A DNA stretch of 64,000 nucleotides, taken from the NCBI RefSeq assembly GCF_964355755.1, contig NC_092673.1:15844948-15908947 (forward strand). Reading direction: 5' to 3'. This DNA is from Antedon mediterranea. Lineage: Eukaryota; Animalia; Echinodermata. The position numbers and the translations under genes were made by a program. Position 1 is the stretch's first letter. Each line of letters starts with the position of its first letter. Of this stretch, positions 50,985-62,930 are shown one piece after another. The notes beneath the pieces were generated by a model that made no database searches, was not told where the DNA came from, and saw nothing but the letters and a program-made list of their open reading frames with translations.

Positions 50985-53900
50985 GTTAGTGAATCTCGAT
51001 TCATGGCAGCCTAGACATATGTTTGTTTAAAAACTGTTATTTATGGGCGAATAAAGTGTTGCAATAGGTTTTGTGTAGATGTAATAATAAATAGAATATA
51101 GGTTTAGGCCTATCTATCTAGTTTAGTTAATTTAATAAAATTAATATTGTAACTACTTTTTTTTTTGATGTGTCGATTTAAAAATCACAATACTGTATTG
51201 TAACGCTAAAGCAGGAAGTGACCGGCATTAATTTTAGTATTTTATTGTCATTTACTAAATGCTGAGAATTTGTCTGACACACCTTGTTACCCTGACAATT
51301 TAGCTTATTACAGTATAACAATCTCTAATAGCGGGATATCAAGAGTGTCTAGTCTCCCCTCATATGACTGTTCCAACGTCGTCAGGAACAGTCATATGAG
51401 GGGAGACTGGACACTCTTGATATCCCATCCACAATCGCTATTAGAGATTGTTATACTGTTCTATTTGTTTGCAATGTTTTACTTTATCATCAAAGATCTA
51501 TTATTTATAATTTACTCATAGTTAATAATCGTCATGATACTCTCACTTTCAAGCATCTTCGCTCCAGTAATGATATGTCAAAATTTTGCATCCCGACCAG
51601 ATTCACTAGAACTTGGAATTCCATACCCAATGAGATTCGCGATATTTTTGTTAATGGTTCATTTATTAATTTTAAATTATCTCTAAAGCTATATTTTAAA
51701 TGTCGGAGAGAAACTTTTTAAATTTTTTAATGAAATGATATGTCTACTATATTAGTATATATTCTTGTTATTTGTTATTTATGTGTTGGAGAGACACACC
51801 TTACCGGTGACAGGGTTTTTTAATGCTTTTGTCTTTCCTCGGCCTCGTGTCTTTTATTTCATATATATTATATATTTCTATGTTTTTTTTGTAATTATTA
51901 TTTTATGTTTATTGCCGAAATGAATAAAATAACTTAAAAAAAAAAATATTGTCATTTGATATGAATCAAATTAACAACAACAAATTAATACTGTAAATGT
52001 TTATTAGGTAATTTCTGATAAAACAATTTTCTTCCTTCCAGAGGATGGAGAAGCTGACAGCTTTCTTGGTCAAAGTGATTTTGATTCACAACCTAACCAA
52101 TCTGCTTCAATGTTATTCCAATCAAATATGCCACCACCCCAAGATCCTTTTGCAAATATATCGCAGTCATCACCAGCAATCAGTGGAACATCCTCATTGT
52201 TTGGATCAGCAAATACTCAAGGCCAGAGTCAGCCTTTATTCTCCTCACCAAACCTACCACCCCCAGGACCACCATCTCAAGGAACACCAGATTCTTACAT
52301 CCAGCAGCCACTGCAACCACCTCAAATACCACCTCCAATTGGCCCTCCGACTGGCCAATCACAGCAACCTCGTTTTGGCATAAAGGGATTTCAGCATAGG
52401 CCAATGCCACATCCTAATGTTGGTGGACCTCCAGCACCAATGCTACAGCAATCACAGTCAGATGCTGGGCCACCTCCAACAAATTTTCCAGTGCAACAAC
52501 CTTTTGTAGGAACTAATTATCAACAAAGACCACAGGTATTGTATGATCATAAGCTTTAATAATGTGGATCATTTGGCGTAATTGATTGACCGACTGACTC
52601 AAGTATAGTTTAACAAGCGAATAAAGTAAGTACTTAACATATTTTGTCACTGATTTAGTTTGATGGCAGTAGACCTCCACCCACAGCAGCAGAGCTTCAG
52701 CAGTTTCAAGTTTCTGCACCACAGCAGCCGCTTTACAACCCAGTATACCAACCTGTTCAACCTCACTGGTTCTATTGCAAACAAGTGGAAAGCAAACAGG
52801 TCTGGCGACCTTTCACTATGAAAGATTCACTGTGCTTAGAAGAAGTCTACAATAAAGGTACGTGCACAAGAATTGTCAGATTACCTTGAATTACCTTGAA
52901 CTGTAAATGTTGTTTTCGGAAGTAGCTTTAAATAGAATCTATGTTGTGTATTATCTTGTATATTTGAATAATGTCTGCCCTTTTCTTCTGTAAGCCAACA
53001 TTGAAAATACAGTATCTACCTCTCACTCTTTTCGAATTTGTTCCAAATTTGTTAGGGTGTACATAATGTCTTTGAACATAATTCCATTCAAAATAATGTG
53101 AAATGCTCAAAGTTCAAAATCTGTTTTAGTGCAAGAAGATCCCGAGAATTGCTACATCAGTACAGATGGTGGTCGCTATGATGTAAATCTTGCTCAGAGA
53201 AGCAGGCAGTCAATTTATTGGGACGAGGAAAAGTCTCAAGTACGACGTTGTACATGGTTCTACAAGGCAGAAGGAGAAAATAGATTTATTCCTTATGATG
53301 AAAAGCTTGCAGACTTTTTAGAAGTAAGTTCCTAGGCCGTAGCAAGAGGTTAAAAACAGGCGAGGAAAAATGCTTGAAATATAATTATTAATATAGAATA
53401 TGACGATCTGTGCTGCTACAGCCCTGAGTTCTCAGTTGTTTCTCTCTTGAGTGGCAGAGAAATTTTTTTTTTCTAATAAGTAGGTGTATATTTTTGGTAT
53501 AAGCTAATCTCTCCATATTTAATTTTTACAAATGTTGTTTAATTTTCTATTCCTCAATTTAGTTTGAATTTAAAAACTCTGCATTGGAAAATAAGTGGAA
53601 CCGACGAATTGAACTAGAAAATGGTGAAACCGTCGTAATGCATAATTCTAATGTCATAGTTCATTTCCGACCATCGGGGATGGTAGATGAATGGGGTTCA
53701 GTTTCTGATGGACAGATGCGCCCTCGTGTTGTCAAACGTGGAGTTGAAAATACAGATGAAATTCTTGATGGTGTGTATTTAAATTTGTAAATCTCAAACA
53801 TATATATTTGCGTATCTGAGCTTTAAAAGCCTTTGTTTTTGTTCCTTAATATGTGTTTGACGGTATTTACCTTAAAATTGTTTTTCATTGCTTCTTTCTT

Positions 53901-56900
53901 TTTAGGTGAACCAGGAAAGATTGACCATTTGATGTTTGTAGTTCACGGTATTGGTCCTGTGTGTGACTTACGATTCAGATCCATTGTTGAATGTGGTAAA
54001 GTTTACTTGTTTTTAGTTCATTTTACTCAAGCTTATACCCTTTTCACATCTGCAAAATGTAACAAGCTTGGCAGTGTGAATACAATTTTGTATACCGACA
54101 AGAGCCCAGGTTTCCAAAATGTCCCTAGTTCTAACTACGCGCGTCTATTGCCCTGGTATTAAATTGACCAATCAGGGTAATCAAATATGCGCACAACTAT
54201 GATTTCTCACAGGTTTACGTATGCATGTGTGTAAAACATGTAATAAGTTGGTAGATCAACCATTGTGAAAAGGGTATTAGATAACATAATTACAAAGGAT
54301 ACAAATAAAGTGAATACAATTGGTGGAAGGGAAAGAACAAAAATGTATTATATTGCCAGACTAAGAAAGATATATACACTATCAAACTGTATGTGACAAC
54401 AAAATGTGATGTGCCTAATATGGACATGATGTCATATCACTACCATATTTGGGCACATCACACTATTTTGTCAAACAGTTGATAGTGTAGACAGAACTTA
54501 AGAAAGACATCTATTTACGTTTTTTTTATTCTCTTTTTCAGTTGATGATTTTAGAGCTGTGTCGCTTAAGTTACTAGATACACATTTTAAGCATGCACAA
54601 GATGATGGGCGCATGGGACGGGTGGAGCTTCTTCCTGTCTACTGGTACGAGGCTTTACATGGAGATGCTACAGGAGTTGATAGGTAAGGCTTTTATTTAT
54701 GTCATAAATTAATGCATTTCATGATAATAAAAAGCACAAATTCAGTTGTAACTTTGTTTGGTTCCTAAGTTGTCCTCTCTTAATAGGAGGTTTTCTGTTG
54801 ATTTAATTAAGATTTTTTTATATTTTGCAGACTTCTAAGGAAAATTACATTACCAAGTATTGGCCGTCTGAGACACTTCACAAACGACACACTTTTAGAC
54901 ATTCTGTTTTACTCTAGCCCAACATACTCGCAGAAAATTGCTGATGTCGTCGGTGGTGAAATTAACCGTCTTTATAATCTATTTAAGTCTAGAAACCCAT
55001 CATTTGATGGTGAAGTGTCTGTGGTTGGACACAGTTTAGGTAAGTGCAAATGTTCAGACATTCATAAAAGCAGAAATAAATATCTGAGCATGCTCACAGA
55101 GCAACCTTCAGTGTGATAGCTAAAGCATGGTTCACATTGGTGCCGTAATGCAACGCAGCAACGTATTGATTCAAAGTGCTGTATTGCGTAATCACATGCG
55201 GGAACAGACTACACAACAGTGCTGCAAACATCGTAGGTTTGATCTCACCCAGACGGGGGCCGGGCAAACACAATTATCGGAAGGACATTTTTTTACGTTG
55301 CGTAGGTTGCGTTGCGTCGCTAGTGAGAACCAAGCTTTATAGTTTCAATGGTGCAATTTATTATTTATTTCATTTTCAGGTTCATTGATAATGTTTGACC
55401 TGTTGTCACACCAACACGATCTAAATGACCCTGTGCCTGACCAATCGGAAGATACATCACAGCTTAACACCCCTGCAGAACTGAGCAGTTCTTCCGGCGG
55501 ATTAAGCACACCCATAAGTGAGGAAATATCGGAACCAGTGGAACCTAAGGAAGAGGTTACCTTAGAAGGAACATTTGAACAACTCGGGTTAAACAGTTTT
55601 CTACAAAAGTTTACAGATGAACAAATGGATATGGAAACTTTGGTAAGTGTTTTAATGCTCATCTTCTAATCACCTCTTTTTTTCTTTCAGCTGTGTAAAG
55701 TCAAAGAGCTCAATATAGTATAGCCCACCTTAAGGGGACCAAACAAAGTTTTCCTTAATACAGGCATCTGTATATATAAATCCAAAGGCAAATTACTGAA
55801 AAATTGACAATGCTGTGGGTATCAGTGGCTGGATCTCAATGGAGCTATCTGTATATATATATATATTGCCCCTAGTTGTACATGTAAATGTATTTATAGC
55901 GCATTCTACAAACAATGTCATCTCAATGTGCTGTGGACTTAGATGTTACATGCTTCTCCCCTAAGCATCACGTCATGTCGGTGCTGCCAACTACGGTGCT
56001 GTCTCATCTGTCCACCAGAGTTGCTCTGTGTGCTAGTACACCAGGGTAGCCCCCTACTTGATCGTCTTGAGAGATTTACTAGGTTCTTTAAAGTGCACAT
56101 GACCAATTTGTGTACATTGGACCTACTACGGTTTATAGTCCTTACCCGAGAAGACTTGTTCTACCACCAGAACCATTGAGGGAGTAAACCTCGAACCCTG
56201 GCCATACGGTTATGGATTATGGTACCCACTGTCTTAAAGGCTCGGCTACTCACTCCTTCTATTTGGTGTCCAACTGTAATATGTTCACCATCACATTTAT
56301 CCCATAATGATAATCTTCTCTTTTTCATCCATATCACTTGAGATAATACCATTCTCAGAAGTACAGTTTTATTCTAGATAAATACAATTTTTATTATTAA
56401 CAATACAGTGATAATGTTTCTTATTTTGTAGCTGTTGTGTGAAGATACTGATCTGAAGGAAATGGGTTTACCAATGGGACCTAGAAAGAAACTAAGAGGC
56501 CATCTAAAAAATCTCTCCAAAGCGAAAGAAAAGGAAGAGCGTGAAGCAGAGATTCGAACTCGCCTTGCAAAGGAGCGCCAAGCATTGGAAGAACAGCACC
56601 AACGAGCGATTCAAGAAAGTCTAAACAACACAGCAAAAGAAACGTCATCAAACACATCTATCAATATTAATTTTGAACCTGGTCAACAAGGTACTCAATT
56701 GCACCCTCCTAGAAGGAGTTATTAGGGACTTTGCGCATCATGACGAGAAGCACTGGATGACTGAATCACACTAACGCCCGTATTCTTAAACCGGACTTTA
56801 GTCATAGTTCAAAGTTCGACTTGGAAAAGTCGTAGTTCGAGCTATTACTTCAAATTCGATTCAAAAACGAAGTAGTCAAAGTTTGCAGTTCGACTTAGTT

Positions 56901-59900
56901 GCACACGTCTGGGTAACAAAGGCTATACATTGGCCAATGACAAGAGAGTATTTGAGGAGCAGACGAAATTTTGCGCATTGATATCACTTTCCATTTTCTT
57001 ACAACACTTTTTACGCATCAGGACTATACATGAAAAATAATTTTAATCGTTAATTATTAGAACAAGATCAGTATTAATTTAACAGTGAAGTACTTTTGAT
57101 TAACAACAAACAAAATCTTCAAAATATATTTAGGAACCAAGGCGGTACGGTAACTTTTATATTTTCTAGGCCCCCAACAAAGTATGATCGCGACGAACCA
57201 CGCACTTCATAGCGTGACAAGAAAGCGCTAGGCCCACTAAACATTCCATCGCGTGGTGAATTTCCGCATCTGCCATTGTCGCTATGGCGTGACGTAGTTG
57301 AAGTCGGACTTGCGCGAAGAAAATTATGTAATTTGTATACAGTTGTAAATAAAGATGATTTTCATTATTATAACATATACCAATGTATATTTAATTAAGC
57401 TAATATAAATATAGATATTTCATTCGTCAATATCTGGCCAATATAACAACTCAATGACTGTTACGTTTTTTATAAACATCGTTTAAAAACCATTTAGTCG
57501 ACCATTTAGTCTGCCCCCTCCAGGACTAAAAAAATCGATCAAAATCCGTCTCGATTTAGTCGAGGTTGGCCTGATTTAGTCGGTGATTTAGTTGAAGTTC
57601 GGTTTATGAATTAAAATGACGTCATTTTTTTAGTTTTAGCTCGAACTACGACTAAAGTCCGGTTTAAGAATACGGGCGTAAGCCCTGCCGAGTGATATAT
57701 AAACTGCATATTTGCCGTTATCTAAAAATGTCAAGATCACTCCTGAAAAATACCACAATACAATTCTAATTTGAATTCTAATTTTATAACATTACATAAT
57801 GTCTTAATGTGTTTACAAAAATAACATTTCAGTACCATAAATTTATTTGTGGGGGATAAACAGTGCTTATAATGGAATGGTTATTTTCATATCGCTAGGC
57901 TCAAGGAATAACATTTTACGCTCCTCTGAACACAGACGCTCTGTTTCTCACATCGTTCTCGTCCTGATGCATAACATTCCTATTAGTAAGATGTCGGGAC
58001 AGTAGATAGGATTAGTGCATGCTTCATACGCCATTGACTTTCACTACTGATTGCCTTTTCATTCTTTACTTTCACATTTTCTGTCTCAATTTAATTTTAC
58101 TCCTTATATTTTTCAGGTGTGGGCCAACCTGTTGTCAAGTATCCTGCCTTAGATTTCTGCCCTGTCAATTTCTTTGCATTGGGATCACCAATAGGAATGT
58201 TTTTAACAGTACGAGGATGTGAAACCATCAGCGAACAGTATCAATTTCCCAATTGTACTGGATTTTACAATATATTTCATCCAGTAAGTCAAAATTAAAA
58301 AATCATTATGCCTGTTTTGTTTTGTTCACATCAATTTATACTCAGTATGGTAACTGTTGTGGTGAAGTGATGCTATTTTTCTATTTTGTTTTTTGTAGTT
58401 TGATCCGGTAGCTTATCGAATTGAACCTTTGATAAATGAATCAATGAAGGCAATGAAACCAGTGTTAATGCCACATCACAAAGGGAGGAAACGTTTTCAC
58501 TTAGGTAAAATTTACAAATTGAATAATAATATGATATTCGTGAGAATATGCTAAACACCAAACAGATTCTCTACTCACTACATACTACAGTAAACAAACT
58601 GTAGAAATAACCTATTAAGCTCTGTCTACACTATCAAACTTTATGTGACAAAAAAATATATGGACACGATGATGTCATCACTACCATATTTGGGCATATC
58701 ACTGCCCTATACTTTTTTTGTCAAACTAGTTTGATAGTGTACTCAGCTTTAGATACAAAAAAAGAAAGTAAATTCTGATTCTCCTTAATTTAATTTTAGA
58801 ACTTAAAGAAAGTTTGGCTGCTTTTGGGTCCGATTTAAAACGAGGTTTTATGGAGTCGATGAGAAAGACTTGGAAGACCCTTCATGAGTTTGCACAGGCT
58901 CATCGCACCAGTGAAACACCCTCAGTCACTGATGAAGAAATGGAAGCTGTGGCTGAGAAACTTACTCAAGAAGAGCTACAACATCGTGAAGAGACCACGC
59001 CTCAGCAAGGTCGGTCATTGGAATGTTTTATGAAGTTGTCATTACTCAAACCTAGTCAGAAAATAGATCTAATTGTAGACATCCTTCAGAAAGATAATTG
59101 TGTTTTAATTACTGTGGAGTGGCTTTGCATCGTGTTTGCCCTACTTTATATTTAGTACATTGAGAATGCGAAGCCAGGCTCGTGATCTGGAGGTCGTGGG
59201 TTTGAGTTTAACCCGAGAATAATTGTTCTCAATGTAATTAGTATAAAGTACAATAATTACCTCACAGTAGGGCAAACATGTGACCAAACCTTCAGGACCA
59301 ACATAGTTCTCTATAGGTGTTGGATATTTTGTAAACATATATTATTGTCTGTTCGTTTGTTTTATGGGAAAGTGTCTCCTGAATCTTATTTTACCATTTT
59401 GTTTTGTAACAGATGATGGTGAGGTCAAAGTTGGTCAACTGAATGGAGGCAAACGTATAGACTATGTTCTTCAAGAAACTCCATTTGAAAGTTTTAATGA
59501 ATACCTATTTGCTCTGAGTAGTCATGCTTGTTATTGGTAAGCAAAAAAGAAAAATATTTATTTATTTAACTTCGTTTCACAAGTTATACGGCCATACTGC
59601 GTTGAAACATCAGTCCTCGTCAGATCACCGAAGTTACTCAAAGTTGGGCCTGATTGTGTTCTAGATGGGAGACTGTCTGGGAATAGCAGCGGGTGCTGTA
59701 TATACCAGAGAGTGATGGTGTAATGTAAGGAATAGCATGTAGTAGGCATGAGTTTGAGCCTATCTGTACCATACTCTATAATATCCTTAGGCAAGATGCT
59801 TTTACTCTCATTGCCTTATCCTTCGGATGGAATGTAAAGCGTTTGGTCTTGGTGTATATAAACACAGAACTTAGTACACTATTCAAAAAGAATAGGGGAA

Positions 59901-60564
59901 CGTCTCGCTTTCTGTGTGCTGATCTGACCAAGATAATACATTAAACATTTACCTCTAACGGCTGTACTACAGCAGTACAGCTGACTTGAAGAGGCCTTCT
60001 TATAAACAATACAAAATTATACAACAACATTCAGACATCAAATAACAAGTTTAATTTCACATACAGATTCAATAAGTAAAATGTTTAAAAGTAAAAATTC
60101 ATACTTGTTCAAAATAACTTAGAAATGTTAAAATTCATAAAAATATATTAAACTTTAGAATACTGTATAAATATTATGAAAAATTCTTAATAAAAGGACA
60201 TTGGAACCATAAGTAAATATTGCTTGGAAATTTAATTATCTTTAAGATATACTTTTATTTTAACTTGGTTTTAAAAGGGGAGATAATTAAGAATGGCTCT
60301 GTAATAAAAAGATATTTTGAAGTAAATAAAATCACCCATATATGATATATATTTTAATACAATGTTATTGTTTTTTCATATTGCTTTGTAGCTATTAAAA
60401 TAAAAGAACAAAGAAAATAAATATTTTTATTTATATTACTTTTTTCCAGGGAATCGGAAGATACATCATTACTAATGCTGAAGGAGATTTATGCCAGCCG
60501 TGGTATATTCCCAATTCAAGTTGGAAGGCCAGACTCAGCTCCACCAACACCTAGACTTACCTGA
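50864..60564 (+). CDS. SEC23IP: SEC23-interacting protein / DDHD-domain phospholipase A1 family, 15 coding exons, 966 aa
   Basis: Exons 50864-50984, 52042-52535, 52659-52857, 53130-53323, 53563-53770, 53906-53995, 54542-54683, 54831-55039, 55380-55642, 56432-56690, 58117-58283, 58399-58504, 58800-59009, 59413-59536, 60450-60564. All introns GT-AG, phases consistent, total 2901 nt. Has DSFLGQ, a Pro/Gln-rich region, a WWE-like region, VHGIG, GHSLG lipase motif, SAM domain ([14 protein letters not shown]) and DDHD domain ([31 protein letters not shown]). Confidence 0.93.
51311..51458. mobile_element. Foldback MITE (CAGT...ACTG), almost entirely palindromic
   Basis: Arms of about 64 bp around a 10-nt loop, one 10-nt bulge. 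Confidence 0.8.
51545..51946 (+). mobile_element. 3' fragment of a CR1-group LINE with poly(A)
   Basis: [13 protein letters not shown]...FKLSLKLYF, then aataaa and an A-run at 51936. Confidence 0.55.
52042..52535 (+). CDS. SEC23IP: SEC23IP coding exon 2 (Pro/Gln-rich)
   Basis: [14 protein letters not shown] followed by Pro/Gln-rich sequence. Confidence 0.88.
52659..52857 (+). CDS. SEC23IP: SEC23IP coding exon 3
   Basis: [23 protein letters not shown]. Confidence 0.9.
52925..53075 (-). mobile_element. CR1 LINE fragment
   Basis: [15 protein letters not shown] motif. Confidence 0.5.
53130..53323 (+). CDS. SEC23IP: SEC23IP coding exon 4
   Basis: TDGGRYDV...VRRCTWFYK. Confidence 0.93.
53563..53770 (+). 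CDS. SEC23IP: SEC23IP coding exon 5
   Basis: [17 protein letters not shown]...RPRVVKRG. Confidence 0.93.
53906..53995 (+). CDS. SEC23IP: SEC23IP coding exon 6
   Basis: [25 protein letters not shown]. Confidence 0.95.
54542..54683 (+). CDS. SEC23IP: SEC23IP coding exon 7
   Basis: [11 protein letters not shown]...[21 protein letters not shown]. Confidence 0.95.
54831..55039 (+). CDS. SEC23IP: SEC23IP coding exon 8
   Basis: [28 protein letters not shown]...VGHSL. Confidence 0.95.
55124..55336. mobile_element. Family A-related MITE in SEC23IP intron 8
   Basis: agcatggttcacat...tagtgagaaccaagct. Confidence 0.78.
55380..55642 (+). CDS. SEC23IP: SEC23IP coding exon 9
   Basis: [12 protein letters not shown]...[11 protein letters not shown]. 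Confidence 0.92.
55893..56254 (-). mobile_element. tRNA-derived SINE with an L2-like tail
   Basis: Minus strand: gagtagccgagc, ggttcgagg B-box, gtgcactttaaagaacc core, tail cattgagat...aatgcgctataa. Confidence 0.7.
56432..56690 (+). CDS. SEC23IP: SEC23IP coding exon 10 (SAM domain)
   Basis: [21 protein letters not shown]. Confidence 0.92.
56775..57678. mobile_element. Harbinger-like non-autonomous element nested in a TAGGG-type MITE (56723-57982)
   Basis: TAA|CGCCCGTATTCTTAAACCGGACTTTAGTC...GACTAAAGTCCGGTTTAAGAATACGGGCG|TAA. Confidence 0.88.
58117..58283 (+). CDS. SEC23IP: SEC23IP coding exon 11
   Basis: [26 protein letters not shown]...YNIFHP. Confidence 0.95.
58399..58504 (+). CDS. SEC23IP: SEC23IP coding exon 12
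   Basis: [12 protein letters not shown]...[11 protein letters not shown]. Confidence 0.95.
58618..58748. mobile_element. Small Harbinger-like MITE, family B
   Basis: TTA|AGCTCTGTCTACACTATCAAAC...GTTTGATAGTGTACTCAGCT|TTA; other copies at about 54375-54500 and 30800-30840. Confidence 0.8.
58800..59009 (+). CDS. SEC23IP: SEC23IP coding exon 13
   Basis: [34 protein letters not shown]. Confidence 0.92.
59413..59536 (+). CDS. SEC23IP: SEC23IP coding exon 14
   Basis: [35 protein letters not shown]. Confidence 0.95.
59586..59930 (+). mobile_element. 5S rRNA-derived SINE (SINE3-like) with a Deu/Nin-like core
   Basis: Diverged near-full-length 5S head (tacggccatac...gatcaccgaagtta...gatgggagactgtctgggaata...gggtgctgta), then ccttcggatggaatgtaaagcg...gaacttagtacactattcaaaaagaatagggg. 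Confidence 0.8.
60450..60564 (+). CDS. SEC23IP: SEC23IP coding exon 15 (last)
   Basis: [14 protein letters not shown]...TPRLT then TGA. Confidence 0.93.
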
Positions 60565-60608
60565 AAGCTAAAGAATTATTGAATTATAGTAATTATAATG
60601 ATAGGCTA

Positions 60609-61026
60609 CCGTTTATTTGAATAAACGCCTCGGGTGTTTATTGTTGGGGAAGGTTTTTAAAGGGACATTTATTTGAGGGAGGCGTTTATTATTTTGAGTT
60701 TAATATGGTAACATGTATAATCAAATATATTCTCCTTAAATATGAAAAAATACAACACAATTAATATTAAGTGATAAAATACAGTAAAAATTCGAACAAA
60801 ATGCTTGGTCAATTGTAGATCATTCAGTCAATGAATTCTACTACAAATAGAAATGTGTTATAATACAATATTGTGTGTGTATCCATGTGACAAGGCATTT
60901 ATTTGACGAAAAAATAATGGCCTCGGGGCATTTATTTGAAGGAGGCATTAATTCCAAACGATATTCAATGAAGGGGCGGGGGATGGGGGCTTTTATTCAA
61001 GGAGGCGTTTATTCAAATAAATACAG
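60609..61026. mobile_element. TA-flanked Tc1/mariner-like MITE just after the SEC23IP stop
   Basis: TA|CCGTTTATTTGAATAAACGCCTC...GAGGCGTTTATTCAAATAAATACAG|TA, with internal subterminal repeats. Confidence 0.8.
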
Positions 61027-61248
61027 TATTTACTTTTATGAAATTTTTTCCCTAATTTTGGTGATTTCTTTTAAAACTACAAATAAAAGGATGCTAAATT
61101 ATTGCTATGCTCTATATCCTTGGGGTTATGTCGCATACAATTGTTTGTGTTAATCTATAATGCGGATATGTATCTAGCAGGTAAAATACGAGCATAATTC
61201 GTTCTAAATTATGACACATAAAATGTGTAATAAAATCTTGCCACCACC

Positions 61249-61368
61249 CCACCTTTATTACGCCTGTTCATATCTACCTAACAAGCTCCACCTTTATTAC
61301 GCCTGTTCATATCTACCTAACAAGCTCCACCTTTATTACGCCTGTTCATATCTACCTAACAAGCTCCA
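61249..61368. repeat. 39-bp tandem repeat, 3 copies
   Basis: ccacctttattacgcctgttcatatctacctaacaagct x3. Confidence 0.95.
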
Positions 61369-61639
61369 GCAGTACTTTTAAACAGCTTTATATTTATTGT
61401 TTTTGCTTATTGTTTTGTCGACTTTTCACTTATGTACATTGTATTGGGGCTTTAATAATTTTAAAATTTAAAATTATTTTAATGGTTAATACACAGAAAC
61501 AGGCACTAATATATATATATATTGTTTATTTGTAAGAGTTTCAATAAATACATTTTAATACTAAATAATGAATTCAAATTAAAGCATAAAACTGCAGTAT
61601 TTTTATTCGTATTCAACTACATTGGCTTTAAAAATGTAG

Positions 61640-62118
61640 TACAGTACCATGGTTTAAAGCATGTGCCATGGTTTAAAACATGGTTCTTTGGTTTGAAACA
61701 CGTACCATGGTTTGAAACACGTACCATAGTTTGAAACACTAGAAACACGTACTAGTGTTTTCAAAACGTACCATGGTTTGAAACACGTACCATGGTTGAA
61801 ACACGTACCATGGTTTGAAACACGTACTAGTGTTTTAAAAACGTACCATGGTTTGAAACACGTACCAGTGTTTTAAAAACGTACCAGTGTTTGAAACACC
61901 ATAGTTTGAAACACGTACCATGGTTTGAAACACGTATCAGTGTTTGAAACATGACCATAGTTTGAAACACGTACCATGGTTTGAAACACGTACCGTGGTT
62001 TGAAAAACGTATGATGGTTTAAAACATGTACCATGGTTTGAAACACGTACCTGGGTTGAAAACGTACCATGGTTTGAAACACGTAACATGGTTTGAAACA
62101 CGTACCATGGTTTGAAAC
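61640..62118. repeat. 19-bp minisatellite
   Basis: gtaccatggtttgaaacac, roughly 24 copies. Confidence 0.95.
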
Positions 62119-62849
62119 GGTGCTAAATGTACTTTTCATTGTAATATTATAATTTCTGGAATTCTGTACATTTTAATGATTAATCGTGAAATATTTTGAT
62201 ATACTTAAGTATTAGAAGTTTTAGCATAATGACTACAATTCGTTCCACTATGCGTTGTTAATAGTAAACATCTCTTTTATCTTCTAGATTTACCCATTAA
62301 TAATCTTTTTCTGTAAATTATATACTTACTATCAGTTGTTAATGTTCTAAAATGGAACACTAATAAATATATTGTTTCTTTTATAAATCGTTAGTGTTAA
62401 ATATTTGGTATACTTTGATTTTAATACTATGGCTAACCCCTATCTGAGGGCTATCCTTACTAAGGATACACTGACACTTGGACACGAAGGTCTTGTCCTC
62501 TTAACATCAATTATTACTAGGCAATAGACCCTTTGAAAATAAATTACATAAAACGAACAATTAAAAATCCCCCAGCACTGCCGCTACGTAGGCCTACTAG
62601 CTGCAGCTGCCCCGATAACTTGTGCTGCTGTCTCCTTAAAATTGCTAATGACCTGAGTAACCGAATTCATGTGACGTAGGAAAATGGGAGAATTACCGAA
62701 CCGTTCGGCAGTTGCAAAGAAATTGGTTTAAAAAACACATTTTTTCGTACAAGTTTTCCGTTCTAATATAGCTTAATGGATAAAGGGGAATTATAAGGTG
62801 CCCCAGCTCGAACGGCGTATCGATAGAATTCCAACAACTATCTGCTGAC

Positions 62850-62930
62850 GAACATATATTAGGACTTACTACCATGGAACAGAGAAGAGACCGCGGTGAC
62901 ATGATTGAAACTTTCACGATAATAATTACA
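62850..62930 (+). mobile_element. CR1 LINE fragment
   Basis: LGLTTMEQRRDRGDMIETF. Confidence 0.6.

Noticed and set aside
58505-58799. U12-like branch sequence CTCCTTAAT near the SEC23IP intron 12 acceptor
   Set aside because: Donor is GTAAAA, without the ATCC needed for a U12 intron
59586-59700. Functional 5S rRNA gene
   Set aside because: Diverged, no oligo-T terminator, and continues into a SINE body shared with a second copy
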